The notes beneath the pieces are model-generated. The model searched no databases, was not told where the DNA came from, and saw only the letters and a list, made by a program, of their open reading frames with translations. Shown here piece by piece: positions 20,522 to 31,260 of a DNA stretch of 64,000 bases. Made by a program: the position numbers and the translations under genes. Every line of letters starts with the position of its first letter. Within the stretch, counting starts at the first letter, position 1. Origin of the DNA: Candidatus Latescibacterota bacterium (GTDB lineage Bacteria > Latescibacterota > UBA2968); the NCBI GenBank assembly GCA_965198115.1, contig OZ240241.1:4704001-4768000 (forward strand), written 5' to 3'.

Positions 20522-21977
20522 GAATGGGCGCCCCAACATCGTCTGGGTGATGTGCGACGAGATGCGTCACGATTCGCTCGGCATCCTCAGCGATGGCTAC
20601 GTGCAGACACCCAACCTCGACGCCCTCGCGCGGGAAGGCACGTTCTTCCGCAATGCTTACTGTGCCTCCCCCGTCTGCTCCCCCGCCCGTGCCAGCTGGT
20701 TCACCGGTCTCTATCCACACGCGCACCTCCAGCTCCGCAATTACGGCCCAAACGTGCACGACCAGCCCGGCTGTCGTATGAGGGACGACGCTGTGACGAT
20801 TGCCGACGTCCTAGCCGAACAGGGCTATCGATGTGGCAACGTCGGCGTGTGGCACCTCGGCGGCGACGAACGTGCCCAGCACGGCTTCGACGCCGGCTGG
20901 TGCATCTACCGCTACCTACCGAGCGACTACTCCGATCCTCTTTTCGAGTACTTCGAAAGCGAAGGATTGGCCAATCCCTACAAGAGCGATTGGCCGGGGA
21001 AGGTCCGTTACGGACCCAATTCCTTACCCTTTGGCACGATCGACGACATTCGGCAGAATCGCACAACCTGGACGATCGATCGAGCCATCGACTTCCTCGA
21101 TGAATCGGTCGACCACGAAGCGCCGTTCTTCCTCCTCTGCGGCGTTAAGGATCCCCACCCCGAAATGCTGGTCACACCCGAGCAGCTCGATCGCTATTCG
21201 GAAGGCGATGTCCCCCTGCCAGATTCCAGGCACGATCCACTGGACGGCAAGCCCGCCTATCAAGAACGCGCGAAATTCCGCATCCCACCTGGTTCGCTAA
21301 CGGATGCGGAGTATCGCCGAATGTTCCGCCACTACTACGCGCTGGTGACGCACATCGACGATCAGGTCGGTCGTCTTCTTGATCACCTCGACCGAATCGG
21401 TCAGCGCGAGAATACCATTTTCCTTTTCAACAGCGATCACGGCGAGCTGCTCGGTGATCACGGGTTCGTCGAGAAATGCCTCCTCTACGAATCATCCGTT
21501 CGTGTGCCCCAAATTCTCTCGTGGCCGGCCGGATTGCCCTCGGGCCAGGAGATCGAGACACCCATAGGCGGCGTCGATCTGATGCCGACTCTGCTCGACT
21601 TTGCCGGGGCTCAGTTGCCCGACCGGCTGGACGGCTGGTCGGTAGCGGACCCTCTGCGCGATGGGGTTGAGCCAGCGTCCGCCCCTGTTTTCGCTGAAAT
21701 CGCGTCGCAGGAAGCGATCTACGGAAACAGCCGGACCGACGAACACTTGAGCGCACACGTGATGCTTCTCGACGACGGCTGGAAGTACGTCCGTAACCGA
21801 CACGACATTGATGAGCTCTACGATCTCACACACGATCCTGGCGAAATGCACAACCTGGCCAAGCACCCCGAACACGAGGATCGGATCTCGGAAATGCGAG
21901 AACAGATCTCCACCATCGTGAGCCGAACGGGACCCGGTCTCTATGGCTGGTGTCTCGACACGCCCTGCCCTTCTTAG
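20511..21977 (+). CDS. Sulfatase (Cys/formylglycine type)
   Basis: RPNIV, QTPNLD, CSPARAS..TG, SDHG, ELYDL..DPGE motifs. Confidence 0.95.
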   Translation: MPAENGRPNIVWVMCDEMRHDSLGILSDGYVQTPNLDALAREGTFFRNAYCASPVCSPARASWFTGLYPHAHLQLRNYGPNVHDQPGCRMRDDAVTIADVLAEQGYRCGNVGVWHLGGDERAQHGFDAGWCIYRYLPSDYSDPLFEYFESEGLANPYKSDWPGKVRYGPNSLPFGTIDDIRQNRTTWTIDRAIDFLDESVDHEAPFFLLCGVKDPHPEMLVTPEQLDRYSEGDVPLPDSRHDPLDGKPAYQERAKFRIPPGSLTDAEYRRMFRHYYALVTHIDDQVGRLLDHLDRIGQRENTIFLFNSDHGELLGDHGFVEKCLLYESSVRVPQILSWPAGLPSGQEIETPIGGVDLMPTLLDFAGAQLPDRLDGWSVADPLRDGVEPASAPVFAEIASQEAIYGNSRTDEHLSAHVMLLDDGWKYVRNRHDIDELYDLTHDPGEMHNLAKHPEHEDRISEMREQISTIVSRTGPGLYGWCLDTPCPS

Positions 21978-21997
21978 CCTCCACGAGAACAACAACC

Positions 21998-22441
21998 ATG
22001 GCCGAGCCAGAATCTGAGAACGCCCGACAGACTGCCGTCGCCAGTGACGCGGACATCATCACCGTGAGGCCGCCGACCGAAGCGGCACAGACCAAGCAAA
22101 GGTTATCCTACTTCTTGGGGATATCCCAGGAAACGGCAGGCTCCAACGACCTCGCAATGAATCTCGTCATGATTCCTCCGGGGGGTGCTGCCGAGCCTCA
22201 CTTTCACCAAGGCTACGAGACGGCGATCTATCTCTTGAACGGACGTGTAGAAACGGCCTACGGCGTCGGGTTGGAGAAATCTGTCATCAACGAGGAGGGT
22301 GAGTTTCTCTACATTCCGGCGAACGTGCCCCATCGACCGCGAAACCTGAGCGAGACGGAACCCGCCCTCGCCATCGTGGCCAGAAACGACGGGAATCAGG
22401 AGGAAAGTGTCGTCCCATATGATCCGGCTGCGGATGGTTGA
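21998..22441 (+). CDS. Cupin domain protein
   Basis: PHFH..YETAIY..G and GEFLYIPANVPH motifs. Confidence 0.88.
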   Translation: MAEPESENARQTAVASDADIITVRPPTEAAQTKQRLSYFLGISQETAGSNDLAMNLVMIPPGGAAEPHFHQGYETAIYLLNGRVETAYGVGLEKSVINEEGEFLYIPANVPHRPRNLSETEPALAIVARNDGNQEESVVPYDPAADG

Positions 22442-22486
22442 TGGTTTTCCCTAATTCTCGATGCTCGATCATCCATTCTCGATGCT

Positions 22487-23266
22487 ATGCTAGACATTGA
22501 CCTCATCCCCTCCTCCGACCCGAAACGAGCAGCCGAAGTCTTCTTCCGAGACGGTTTCGTCGCTTTGACGGACGTCCTGTCTCCCGAACAGCTCGCATAT
22601 GCGCAGGAGGGAGCGGATCGTGTCGTTGTAGAACAGATGGCCGAAATCCCCCTCGAGGAAGCGAACCGGGGCTTCGCCCGCTATTCGTTCGGCACGCAAA
22701 TCCACCACCCCGAGTGGTCGCAGCTGATCGAATTGCCCACGGTCCTACCCGTACTCGACCAGATCTGGGGTGGCCAGGACTACGTCTGCTCGGGTGGCGG
22801 CGGCGACTACTCCACGCCGGGGGCAAGAATCCAGAAGCTGCACTCGGATATGAGCGAGTCGTTGAAGGATCCGCTCGGTCAGGTCAGCGTGTTCGATCTG
22901 CCGGCCCCCTTCATCGTCGTGAACTTTCTGATGACAGAATTTAAGGAGATCAACGGCGCGATCCGATTCGTCCCCGGCACACAGCGGACACGCGTGCGCC
23001 CGCCCGATCTCGAAGACGAACCCGAGCATTGGAAGCGATCGATCGTCTGCGCACCTGCCGGGACGGCGCTTGTCAGGGACGTCAGAACCTGGCACGGAGG
23101 TACACCAAACCGGTCGAACGAGAATCGCATTATGACCAGCACAGGCTACTATGCACCCTGGTATCGACGTCCCGGATTCGACCGGCCGTTGCCTTTGGAG
23201 CGATATCGAGAACTGTTAGAGAGAGGTCGGAGGATGTGTCAGGGCATTGTCGACTGGGAAGGGTGA
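22487..23266 (+). CDS. PhyH family dioxygenase
   Basis: FFRDGF, LHSD, NGAIRFVPGT, WHGG motifs. Confidence 0.88.
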   Translation: MLDIDLIPSSDPKRAAEVFFRDGFVALTDVLSPEQLAYAQEGADRVVVEQMAEIPLEEANRGFARYSFGTQIHHPEWSQLIELPTVLPVLDQIWGGQDYVCSGGGGDYSTPGARIQKLHSDMSESLKDPLGQVSVFDLPAPFIVVNFLMTEFKEINGAIRFVPGTQRTRVRPPDLEDEPEHWKRSIVCAPAGTALVRDVRTWHGGTPNRSNENRIMTSTGYYAPWYRRPGFDRPLPLERYRELLERGRRMCQGIVDWEG

Positions 23267-23281
23267 CTAAGGAGACGTCTC

Positions 23282-24184
23282 TTGTTCGAAGGCTTCGCAC
23301 AGACCCGCATCGACGCGAATGGCGTGTCCATCAACCTCGTGCACGGTGGTAACGGCCCGCCCCTGTTGCTTCTACACGGTTACCCACAATCCCACGTCGA
23401 GTGGCACAAGATCGCGCCCGACCTCGCTGCACACTACACAGTCGTGGCGCCTGACCTCCGCGGATACGGTGACAGCGATAAGCCTCAAGCCGATCCCGAA
23501 GACCTGGCCGTCTTCTGCAAGCGAACAACCGCCGACGATCAAGTGGCCGTGATGTCCCACCTCGGTTTTGACGCCTTCCACGTCGTCGGCCACGACCGCG
23601 GGGTCCGCGTCGGTCACCGAATGGCCCTCGACCACCCCGACCGCATCCGATCGCTCACATCGCTCGATGTCGTCCCTTCGCAGGCCGCCTTCGACCATAT
23701 GGACTACACGCTCTCGTTCGCCTGGTTCCACTGGCACCTGATGCGCCAACCCTACCCCTTGCCGGAAACGCTCATTGGCAACAGCGCGCAGACTTACCTC
23801 GACTTTCTGCTCGAGCGCTGGACTGGGATCGAAGGATCGATCACGCCTGAAGCTTACGCGGAGTACTGGCGCTGTTTCAGCGATCCGGACACCATCAGAG
23901 GCACCTGTGGCGACTACCGTTCGGTCGAACTCGATCTCGAGCACGACGAGGTGGATCGCGGTCGCAAGCTGAAGTGTCCGGTGCTGGTACTCTGGGGGAC
24001 GAGGATGGCCAAGCGCCCTGGCTGGCAGACCGGGAAAAGCCTGGACATCCTCGATGTCTGGCGCGAACGCGCCGAGAACGTACGGGGCAAACCGCTCGAC
24101 TGCGGTCACTTTCTGCCTGAAGAGCTTCCGGCCGAAACGACTGCGGAGATCCTATCCTTCATATCAGAGCAGGATGATATCTGA
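23282..24184 (+). CDS. Alpha/beta hydrolase, haloacetate (fluoroacetate) dehalogenase-like
   Basis: LLHGYPQ, GHDRGxRV, FHW, DYR, GHFLPEE motifs. Confidence 0.88.
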   Translation: MFEGFAQTRIDANGVSINLVHGGNGPPLLLLHGYPQSHVEWHKIAPDLAAHYTVVAPDLRGYGDSDKPQADPEDLAVFCKRTTADDQVAVMSHLGFDAFHVVGHDRGVRVGHRMALDHPDRIRSLTSLDVVPSQAAFDHMDYTLSFAWFHWHLMRQPYPLPETLIGNSAQTYLDFLLERWTGIEGSITPEAYAEYWRCFSDPDTIRGTCGDYRSVELDLEHDEVDRGRKLKCPVLVLWGTRMAKRPGWQTGKSLDILDVWRERAENVRGKPLDCGHFLPEELPAETTAEILSFISEQDDI

Positions 24185-24296
24185 CCTGACGTAGCCCAGG
24201 CCTGTCTGCGCAGAGCAGACGCAGAAAAAGACGAAGGCGCAGAAGGATCAGGAGACCCTCTGCGCCGTTCGGATTTCCTGCTACAGTTTGGACTTA

Positions 24297-24668
24297 TTAC
24301 GCCTTTTCCATCAACTCGATCTTGACGTTATCCGGGCCGTTGATGAACACGATCCGGAATCCGCCGGCATCCATCGGTCCATTCCAGATCTCGACACCAC
24401 ATTCCTCGATGCGAGCCAGCGTGGCGTCGAAATCATCCGTATCGAGACCGAGGTGGTCGTACCCCTGATAGCGGCCGAGATCCATATTGGAAAATTCGCG
24501 ATCAGTGATGGTCACGGTCACGCCGCCGAAATGCACGCGGATCCAGGTCGCACCGCCACGCTCGTAGGGCTCGTCGGCTTTCGCTTCGAACAGCTTCACA
24601 TACCAATCGGCGGCGGCGTGGACATCGGTTGATTCGTGGTGAACGTGGTTCAGGGAATACGATGGCAT
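24297..24668 (-). CDS. VOC family protein
   Basis: NHVH, GYDHLG, GPDNVKIELME metal-binding pattern. Confidence 0.88.
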   Translation of the reverse strand: MPSYSLNHVHHESTDVHAAADWYVKLFEAKADEPYERGGATWIRVHFGGVTVTITDREFSNMDLGRYQGYDHLGLDTDDFDATLARIEECGVEIWNGPMDAGGFRIVFINGPDNVKIELMEKA

Positions 24669-24850
24669 ATATTCACTCCTGTAGTAAGATGACGCTCGTG
24701 GCTACTTCTATGAAGCCTACAAGTTAATCATCTGAGACAACCCCGCCACTTCCACATTCACGATAACAGGTTCCAGACGGGACGAAGTCCATCGCCGAGG
24801 TCCCAAGCCGCCTTCCCCGACAACTGAACACTGAACACCGACAACCCTCT

Positions 24851-27547
24851 ATGCCCACCTGGACCACACAAGGCTTCGAAGCTTTCAACGCCGGCACGTT
24901 CGGCAACGCAGGGCACAACCTCTACGTTTCCCGCGCCGGCATTCTTCAGCGCATCCATCACTTCGACCTCGACCAGAACGGTCACCTGGACATCGTCTTC
25001 TGCAACAGCCAGGCGCACTACGAGATGCCGCCCGCCGGGGTCTATCGCGATCCCCTCGGTCAATGCGAATATCTCGAGCTTCCCGCCGACGGCGCACGGT
25101 CCGGCGCCGTCCTCGATCTTAACGGCAATGGCTTCGATGACTTCGTCCTGGGAAACCGTTATAACGGCGTCGACCCGTTCGTGAATGCCACGATCTACTA
25201 CGGCAGTCCCGAGGGATGGAGCGAACGAAGGATCCAACGACTTCCGGCCCCACGCTCTACGTCCGTCGCTGCCGGCGACTTCAACGGCGACGGGTGTCCC
25301 GATCTCGCCTTCCTGATCGCGGATGGTTTCTCACCGACTGCCGCCACCAAGGTCCGCCTCTTCTATCAGTCCGAGCTCGGATTCGAGCCGCGACGCTACG
25401 TCGACCTGAATATCGACGCTGATCAGATCGGCGCGGGAGATCTGGACGGGGACGGGATCGCTGAGCTGCTCGTTCGGTCGAGCGAGGGAGAGATCACGGT
25501 CTTCTGGGGTGCGCCTGACGGGATCGACACCTCGCGTCTTTCACCCCTTCCGATAGACGGGGCACAGATCGAGGACACGGTCAGCGACGCCGACAAGGCC
25601 TCGAACGAGTATATCCAGGATGCGAAACCACTCGTCCAGGTCATCCAGCTCGACGAGCAGCCCTATATCTTCGCAGCGCTTGCCGACAGTGCGTTGCTCG
25701 TCCCGGTGGGATCGGACCGGCGATTCGGAGACCCGCTCACCTTCGCCTGCGCGCAGCCACTCGCGGTCGCGGTCGGCAATGTGGGTGGTAACGGGCATCA
25801 GGATCTCGTGTTCGCGTGTCGCGAACTGACCGAAGAGCCAGAGCAGGAAAGGTCCTGGATCTACTGGGGCGAAAACGGCTACAGCGAGGATCGTCGTACT
25901 CCCCTGCCTACCTATCGCGCCTGCGATGTCGCCCTCGGAGACGTCGACGGGGATGGGTGCGATGACATCGTAATCTGTCACTGCTACACCCCCGACTGGA
26001 ACACGCGCGAGTCTCTTCTCTTCCGAGGAGGTCGGGAAATCGGCGAACCAGCCGGGCTGACCAGTCACGACGCAAGACGCGCCTTCGTTGCTCGCCCCAA
26101 GGGAGACGGCAATGCCGTTGTCGTCTTCGTCAACCATCAGGGTCGTCAGAAAACGGAGACCGTCGACATCTCCATCTACCCCGGAGAGGCCGACGGCTAC
26201 ACCGAGACCCGACGGCAGGATCTGCCCGGGTTCGGCGCAGTCTGTGCCCTTTGCTGCGACCTCGACGACGATGGGCGGGCCGATCTCATCCTCGTCAACT
26301 CCGCCCACAACACCCCATCGCGCGACCCCGGCTCCTTCATCTACCGCAACGACGGCGGATTCGCCGCGCCACCGACCTGGATTCTGCCGACCGAACTGCC
26401 TCACGGTGCGTGTTGCGCCGACTTCGACCGCGATGGTTACCTCGACCTCGTTTTCAGCCGTACCAAGGGAGCAGAAATTCAAATCTTCCACGGCGGGCCC
26501 GACGGACCCGGGCGGGAACCCGAGCGCATCCGGCTGGACGACGCCTTTACCTGTGCCCTGTTCATCTACACAGCTGATCTCAACAATGACGGCTGGCTCG
26601 ATCTCGTTCTCCCTCAAAGTACGACCGATCGCAGCCTGGTTCTGTGGGGCGGACCCGAAGGTTTCTCGGGAGACCGATGTCAGGAACTGTCGGTCTGGAA
26701 GGCCATCTGTGCGCGCGCCGCGGACCTGACCGGCAACGGTTATCTCGACCTGATCCTGGGTAGCGCTCCGCCGTCGATCGGCGCGCCCCACGACTGCTTC
26801 GTCACCATCTACTGGAACGGACCGGATGGTCTTTGCGAGGATAACCGGACGCTGCTGCCGGGGAACGGTATCGACTCCGTCGCAATCGGTGATTTCGACA
26901 ACGACGGACTACTCGACCTCTTCGTGCCCTCCTATTCCGACAGCAAGAACCGGGACCTCGATTCACTCATCTACTGGAATCGGCCTGGCCTTGGTTTTTC
27001 CGCGTCCGATCGTACGCGTCTCTTCACGCACGCACCCGCAGGCAGTCTCGCCGCGGACCTGAACGAAAACGGTTGGACCGACCTTGTCGTCGGCAATCAC
27101 AAGATCGAAGGCGACCACGTCGGCTGGTCGGCCGTCTATTGGAACGGGCCGGACGGCTTCTCAGAGAAGAACACCACACGACTTCCCTCGGCCGGTCCGC
27201 ACGGGATGTTCTGCGTGGACCCGGGCAACGTCCTGGATCGCGGTAACGAGGAGGTTTACACGTCCGCATCCTGCCGGCTACCCGGAGGGTCTCGTGTCAC
27301 GGCCATTTCCTGGGAAGCAGAGCTGCAACCCAAGACCTGGTTGAAGGCTCAGATCCGTTCCGGAACGAATCAGGAGACCCTCGAGGAGGCCTGGATCGGT
27401 CCCACCGACAGTGCATCCTGGTTCGATGAGAAAAACCCCGTGAACCTAACTCTCCAAGGGGAGTGGGTTCAGTACCGAATCGTGTTGGGCGCTCGCAACG
27501 GCGGCTGCACGCCCCGTGTGAAAGCTGTCTACGTCGAATGGGAATGA
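24851..27547 (+). CDS. FG-GAP/VCBS repeat protein
   Basis: More than ten DxN/DxDGxxDL motifs with IYWG/IYWN strands; 898 aa. Confidence 0.9.
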   Translation: MPTWTTQGFEAFNAGTFGNAGHNLYVSRAGILQRIHHFDLDQNGHLDIVFCNSQAHYEMPPAGVYRDPLGQCEYLELPADGARSGAVLDLNGNGFDDFVLGNRYNGVDPFVNATIYYGSPEGWSERRIQRLPAPRSTSVAAGDFNGDGCPDLAFLIADGFSPTAATKVRLFYQSELGFEPRRYVDLNIDADQIGAGDLDGDGIAELLVRSSEGEITVFWGAPDGIDTSRLSPLPIDGAQIEDTVSDADKASNEYIQDAKPLVQVIQLDEQPYIFAALADSALLVPVGSDRRFGDPLTFACAQPLAVAVGNVGGNGHQDLVFACRELTEEPEQERSWIYWGENGYSEDRRTPLPTYRACDVALGDVDGDGCDDIVICHCYTPDWNTRESLLFRGGREIGEPAGLTSHDARRAFVARPKGDGNAVVVFVNHQGRQKTETVDISIYPGEADGYTETRRQDLPGFGAVCALCCDLDDDGRADLILVNSAHNTPSRDPGSFIYRNDGGFAAPPTWILPTELPHGACCADFDRDGYLDLVFSRTKGAEIQIFHGGPDGPGREPERIRLDDAFTCALFIYTADLNNDGWLDLVLPQSTTDRSLVLWGGPEGFSGDRCQELSVWKAICARAADLTGNGYLDLILGSAPPSIGAPHDCFVTIYWNGPDGLCEDNRTLLPGNGIDSVAIGDFDNDGLLDLFVPSYSDSKNRDLDSLIYWNRPGLGFSASDRTRLFTHAPAGSLAADLNENGWTDLVVGNHKIEGDHVGWSAVYWNGPDGFSEKNTTRLPSAGPHGMFCVDPGNVLDRGNEEVYTSASCRLPGGSRVTAISWEAELQPKTWLKAQIRSGTNQETLEEAWIGPTDSASWFDEKNPVNLTLQGEWVQYRIVLGARNGGCTPRVKAVYVEWE

Positions 27548-27550
27548 ACA

Positions 27551-28615
27551 GTGGATCCTCTCAAAATCCCCGACGGTCACGAGGACATCACCCCCGAATG
27601 GCTCTCTCGCGTAGTGTGCATTCCTGTCGTTTCGTGCGAAGCTACCAAGATCGGCGAAGGTGTTGGCTTCGTGGGGCGTATCCTGCGAATCGAGATCGCG
27701 TATGAGAACGGCAGAGGCGAGGGTCCTCGCACACTCGTCGTCAAGCTTCCCGCCGCGGACAGGGATCTTCGCGAAAGGATCTGGCAGATCCACGAGAAGG
27801 AAATTCGGTTCTACAAAAACATCGCTGACGGAATGGAACTTCGAACCCCGAGGTGCTACTACAGTGCGGTCGACACGGAGAATCTCAAGTGCGTGCTACT
27901 GCTGGAGGATCTTGCACCGGCTCGGCCAGGAGATCAGCTCGCCGGTTGCTCGATCGAAGAAGCCGAAAACGTCCTCTTCCATCTGGCCCAAATGCACGCA
28001 TCCTACTGGGAGAACCCGCGTCTGAGGGCAATCCCGGACCTGCCTCCGTTCGATGCCCGAGCCGAGCGCTGGCAAGAAAATTATCCTCAGTGGTGGGAGT
28101 CCTTCGTTGAACAATTCGGTCACCAGATACCGAAGACCGTCCTTCCGATCGGCGAACAGCTCAAAGGGAAAACCCTGAAGATCTATCGACTGCTGATGAA
28201 CATCCCCAACACATTCGTCCACGGGGACTTCAGACTCGACAACATGTTCTTCTACGATAACGGCTCGATAGCCGTTATCGACTGGCAGGGATACGCCTAC
28301 GGGCCTGCGTCGTGGGACGTCACGAGATTCGTCGTTGGCAGTCTCGATCCGGAAGTCCGTCGCGATCACGAAGCGGGTCTCCTGAGATTCTACCACGAGC
28401 GGCTAGTCGATCGAGGCGTCGAAGGGTATGGATACGATCAGCTGACCGCCGACTTCCGCCTCACGCTGCTCGATATGTGGATGTTCATCGTCGCCGTCCT
28501 TGTGAACTTCGATATGGCCGTCAACGAACGATCTCGGGCGCTCGTGAACAGAGGGCTCGACCGCACTTGTACGGCGCTCCTGGACCACCGGGCCGATGAG
28601 ATAATCCCTTCCTGA
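27551..28615 (+). CDS. Phosphotransferase (ecdysteroid/choline kinase-like)
   Basis: LVVKL, EIRFY, LLLEDL, HGDFRLDN, IDWQ motifs. Confidence 0.9.
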   Translation: MDPLKIPDGHEDITPEWLSRVVCIPVVSCEATKIGEGVGFVGRILRIEIAYENGRGEGPRTLVVKLPAADRDLRERIWQIHEKEIRFYKNIADGMELRTPRCYYSAVDTENLKCVLLLEDLAPARPGDQLAGCSIEEAENVLFHLAQMHASYWENPRLRAIPDLPPFDARAERWQENYPQWWESFVEQFGHQIPKTVLPIGEQLKGKTLKIYRLLMNIPNTFVHGDFRLDNMFFYDNGSIAVIDWQGYAYGPASWDVTRFVVGSLDPEVRRDHEAGLLRFYHERLVDRGVEGYGYDQLTADFRLTLLDMWMFIVAVLVNFDMAVNERSRALVNRGLDRTCTALLDHRADEIIPS

Positions 28616-29070
28616 ACTCACCGTTTCCGACACAAGCCAGGGAAAATGATTCTTCACGCTTTAGTGTGGATCGATCAGAAACCGAGCGCTCCTGAAGTGA
28701 AAAGCCCGTCACCCACGTAATAGCGGCCCAGGTAGAGGCGGTACCGAGCAACGCTGCTGTTTCACCTCCAGATTCCGAGTCATCGACATAGCCGTCACCG
28801 AGCAGAATCGTACTGCCGGCGTGGGCCACAAGCCCCCGCGGCGGCCTCGGTAGAGGCGCCTGTCCCGAGTGGTCGCGTAAGCGGCTGTACCGAGGGAAGC
28901 GGGACTTTTCCAGTTTTCTCCGCGAAGAACCGGAAAAACAGATCGGCAGTTTGCGGAAACGGCAAGAATGGATACACTATTGAATGCGGATTCGGCAGGA
29001 ATGCAACGTCCTGCGTGCATTGAAAGTTGCGGAGGCGGTCAGCCGACCGAGAAACAGAAACGAGGAATGA

Positions 29071-30696
29071 ATGGATGACTTCACATATCGAGAGCTGATC
29101 TCGTTGGGCGAGGACGACACCTCCTATAGCCTGGTGACCACGGACTACGTTTCAACTGGAGAATTCGAGGGCCAGGAAATCCTCAAGGTCGAGGCCGAGG
29201 GTCTCACTGTGCTCGCCGATCGCGCGATTCGTGACAGCGCCCATCTCTTGCGCCCCGGCCATCTGGCCCAGGTTCGTAAAATCCTCGACGACCCCGAAGC
29301 GTCCGACAACGACCGTTTCGTGGCGCTCGAGATGCTCAAAAACGCCAACATCGCCGCGGGCGGCGTCTTGCCGATGTGCCAGGACACGGGAACGGCCATC
29401 GTGATGGGCAAGAAGGGCCATCGCGTATGGACAGAGGGCGAGGACGAAGCCGCGCTATCGCTCGGGATCACGAAGGCCTTTCAGGAAACAAACCTCCGCT
29501 ACAGCCAGATGGCCCCGATCGATATGTTCCAGGAGATCAACACGCGCAACAATCTCCCGGCGCAGATCGAGATCTACGCGGACCAGGGTAGCGCCTACAA
29601 ACTGATGTTTATGGCTAAGGGGGGCGGCTCGGCGAACAAGAGTATGCTCTTCCAGGAAACCCGTGCTCTCTTGAACCCCGACGGACTTCGCAAGTTCGTC
29701 GACGAAAAATTGCGAATGCTCGGAACAGCCGCTTGTCCCCCTTACCACCTCGGCATCGTCATCGGCGGGACCTCGGCCGAGTACACGCTTAAAATGGCCA
29801 AGCTTGCGAGTGCCCGGTATCTCGACAGCCTGCCGACAGCGGGCAACGAGCACGGCCAGGCGTTCCGGGATCACGAAATGGAAGCCCAGGTGCTCGAAAT
29901 GAGCCGCGAGCTCGGCATCGGGGCTCAGTTCGGTGGCAAATACTTCTGCCACGACGTCCGTGTCGTACGTCTCCCCCGGCACGGCGCATCCTGTCCCGTA
30001 GGCATCGCTGTTTCCTGTTCCGCGGACCGTCAGGTTCTCACGAAGATCACCCGCGACGGCATCTTCCTGGAGGAATTGGAAAGGGATCCGGCCCAATACC
30101 TGCCCGAAGTCGACGACAGCGAGTTCGAAGGGGAGGTCGTCCAAATCGACCTCACCCGTCCGATGAATGAAGTCAGGGCCGCCCTGAACCAGTACCCGGT
30201 CAGCACCCGGCTCTCTCTCACCGGCCCGATGATCGTTGCCCGCGACATCGCTCACGCCAAGCTCAAGGAACGGCTCGACAGCGGCGACGACCTGCCTCAA
30301 TACTTCAAGGAACAGTGCGTCTACTACGCGGGTCCCGCCAAGACACCCGAGGGACACGTGTCAGGTTCCTTCGGGCCGACCACCGCCGGGCGAATGGACG
30401 GCTACGTAGACGAATTCCAGGCAGCCGGAGGCAGTATGGTGATGCTGGCGAAGGGAAACCGCTCCCGACAGGTCACAGATGCATGTAAGAATCACGGAGG
30501 CTTCTATCTCGGCTCGATCGGAGGCCCAGCCGCACGACTCGCACAGGATTGCATCCGGAAGGTGGAGTGTCTGGAATATCCCGAGCTCGGAATGGAAGCA
30601 ATCTGGCAAATTGAAGTTGAGAACTTTCCCGCGTTCATCGTCGTCGACGATAAGGGCAACGACTTCTTCGCCGCCTTCGCCCACCCCAATGCATAG
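29071..30696 (+). CDS. fumA: Class I (Fe-S) fumarate hydratase
   Basis: [40 protein letters not shown] motifs; 541 aa. Confidence 0.96.
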   Translation: MDDFTYRELISLGEDDTSYSLVTTDYVSTGEFEGQEILKVEAEGLTVLADRAIRDSAHLLRPGHLAQVRKILDDPEASDNDRFVALEMLKNANIAAGGVLPMCQDTGTAIVMGKKGHRVWTEGEDEAALSLGITKAFQETNLRYSQMAPIDMFQEINTRNNLPAQIEIYADQGSAYKLMFMAKGGGSANKSMLFQETRALLNPDGLRKFVDEKLRMLGTAACPPYHLGIVIGGTSAEYTLKMAKLASARYLDSLPTAGNEHGQAFRDHEMEAQVLEMSRELGIGAQFGGKYFCHDVRVVRLPRHGASCPVGIAVSCSADRQVLTKITRDGIFLEELERDPAQYLPEVDDSEFEGEVVQIDLTRPMNEVRAALNQYPVSTRLSLTGPMIVARDIAHAKLKERLDSGDDLPQYFKEQCVYYAGPAKTPEGHVSGSFGPTTAGRMDGYVDEFQAAGGSMVMLAKGNRSRQVTDACKNHGGFYLGSIGGPAARLAQDCIRKVECLEYPELGMEAIWQIEVENFPAFIVVDDKGNDFFAAFAHPNA

Positions 30697-30717
30697 CCCT
30701 CTGCTGAGAAACGGGGA

Positions 30718-31185
30718 ATGACAGATGGCAAAACCTGCCGAGAGCACCATGTCGCCCAGCTGAACATTGCGAAAATGAAGGCGCCGCTCGACGACCCCCT
30801 GATGGCAGACTTCGTCGATGCGCTCGATCCCGTAAACAAGCTGGCCGACGAGAGCCCTGGTTTCGTATGGCGTCTGCAGAGCGATGACGGGGCCGCTACC
30901 TCCTACCGACCCTTCGCCGACGATACGATCCTCGTCAATCTGTCCGTCTGGGAATCGGTCGAATCCCTGCAGGCCTTCTTCACATCTGGCTTACACGCGG
31001 CCGTGATGCGTCGCCGCCGCGAGTGGTTCGAGAAGATGGTCGAGGCCTATGCCGTACTCTGGTGGGTACCGGCCGGCCACATCCCCACGGTCGAAGAGTC
31101 CAAGAAAAAACTACAGCTCCTCCGGGAATACGGACCGACTCAGGAAGCGTTTTCCTTTGGACAGTTCTATCCTCGACCGATCTGA
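30718..31185 (+). CDS. DUF3291 family protein
   Basis: AQLNIA, SPGFVWRL, NLSVWES, RRREWF, LWWVPAGH, GPT.EAF motifs. Confidence 0.85.
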   Translation: MTDGKTCREHHVAQLNIAKMKAPLDDPLMADFVDALDPVNKLADESPGFVWRLQSDDGAATSYRPFADDTILVNLSVWESVESLQAFFTSGLHAAVMRRRREWFEKMVEAYAVLWWVPAGHIPTVEESKKKLQLLREYGPTQEAFSFGQFYPRPI

Positions 31186-31260
31186 AACAGATCCCGTTTC
31201 CCGAACGAATGATCCCGGGCATACGAATCGAGCGAACGGTCTCCCACAGCCGAGCGTTTA

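Noticed and set aside
28849-28912. Lysine riboswitch (GGTAGAGGCGC start)
   Set aside because: Downstream conserved elements and stems are absent, and the adjacent gene is fumarase.
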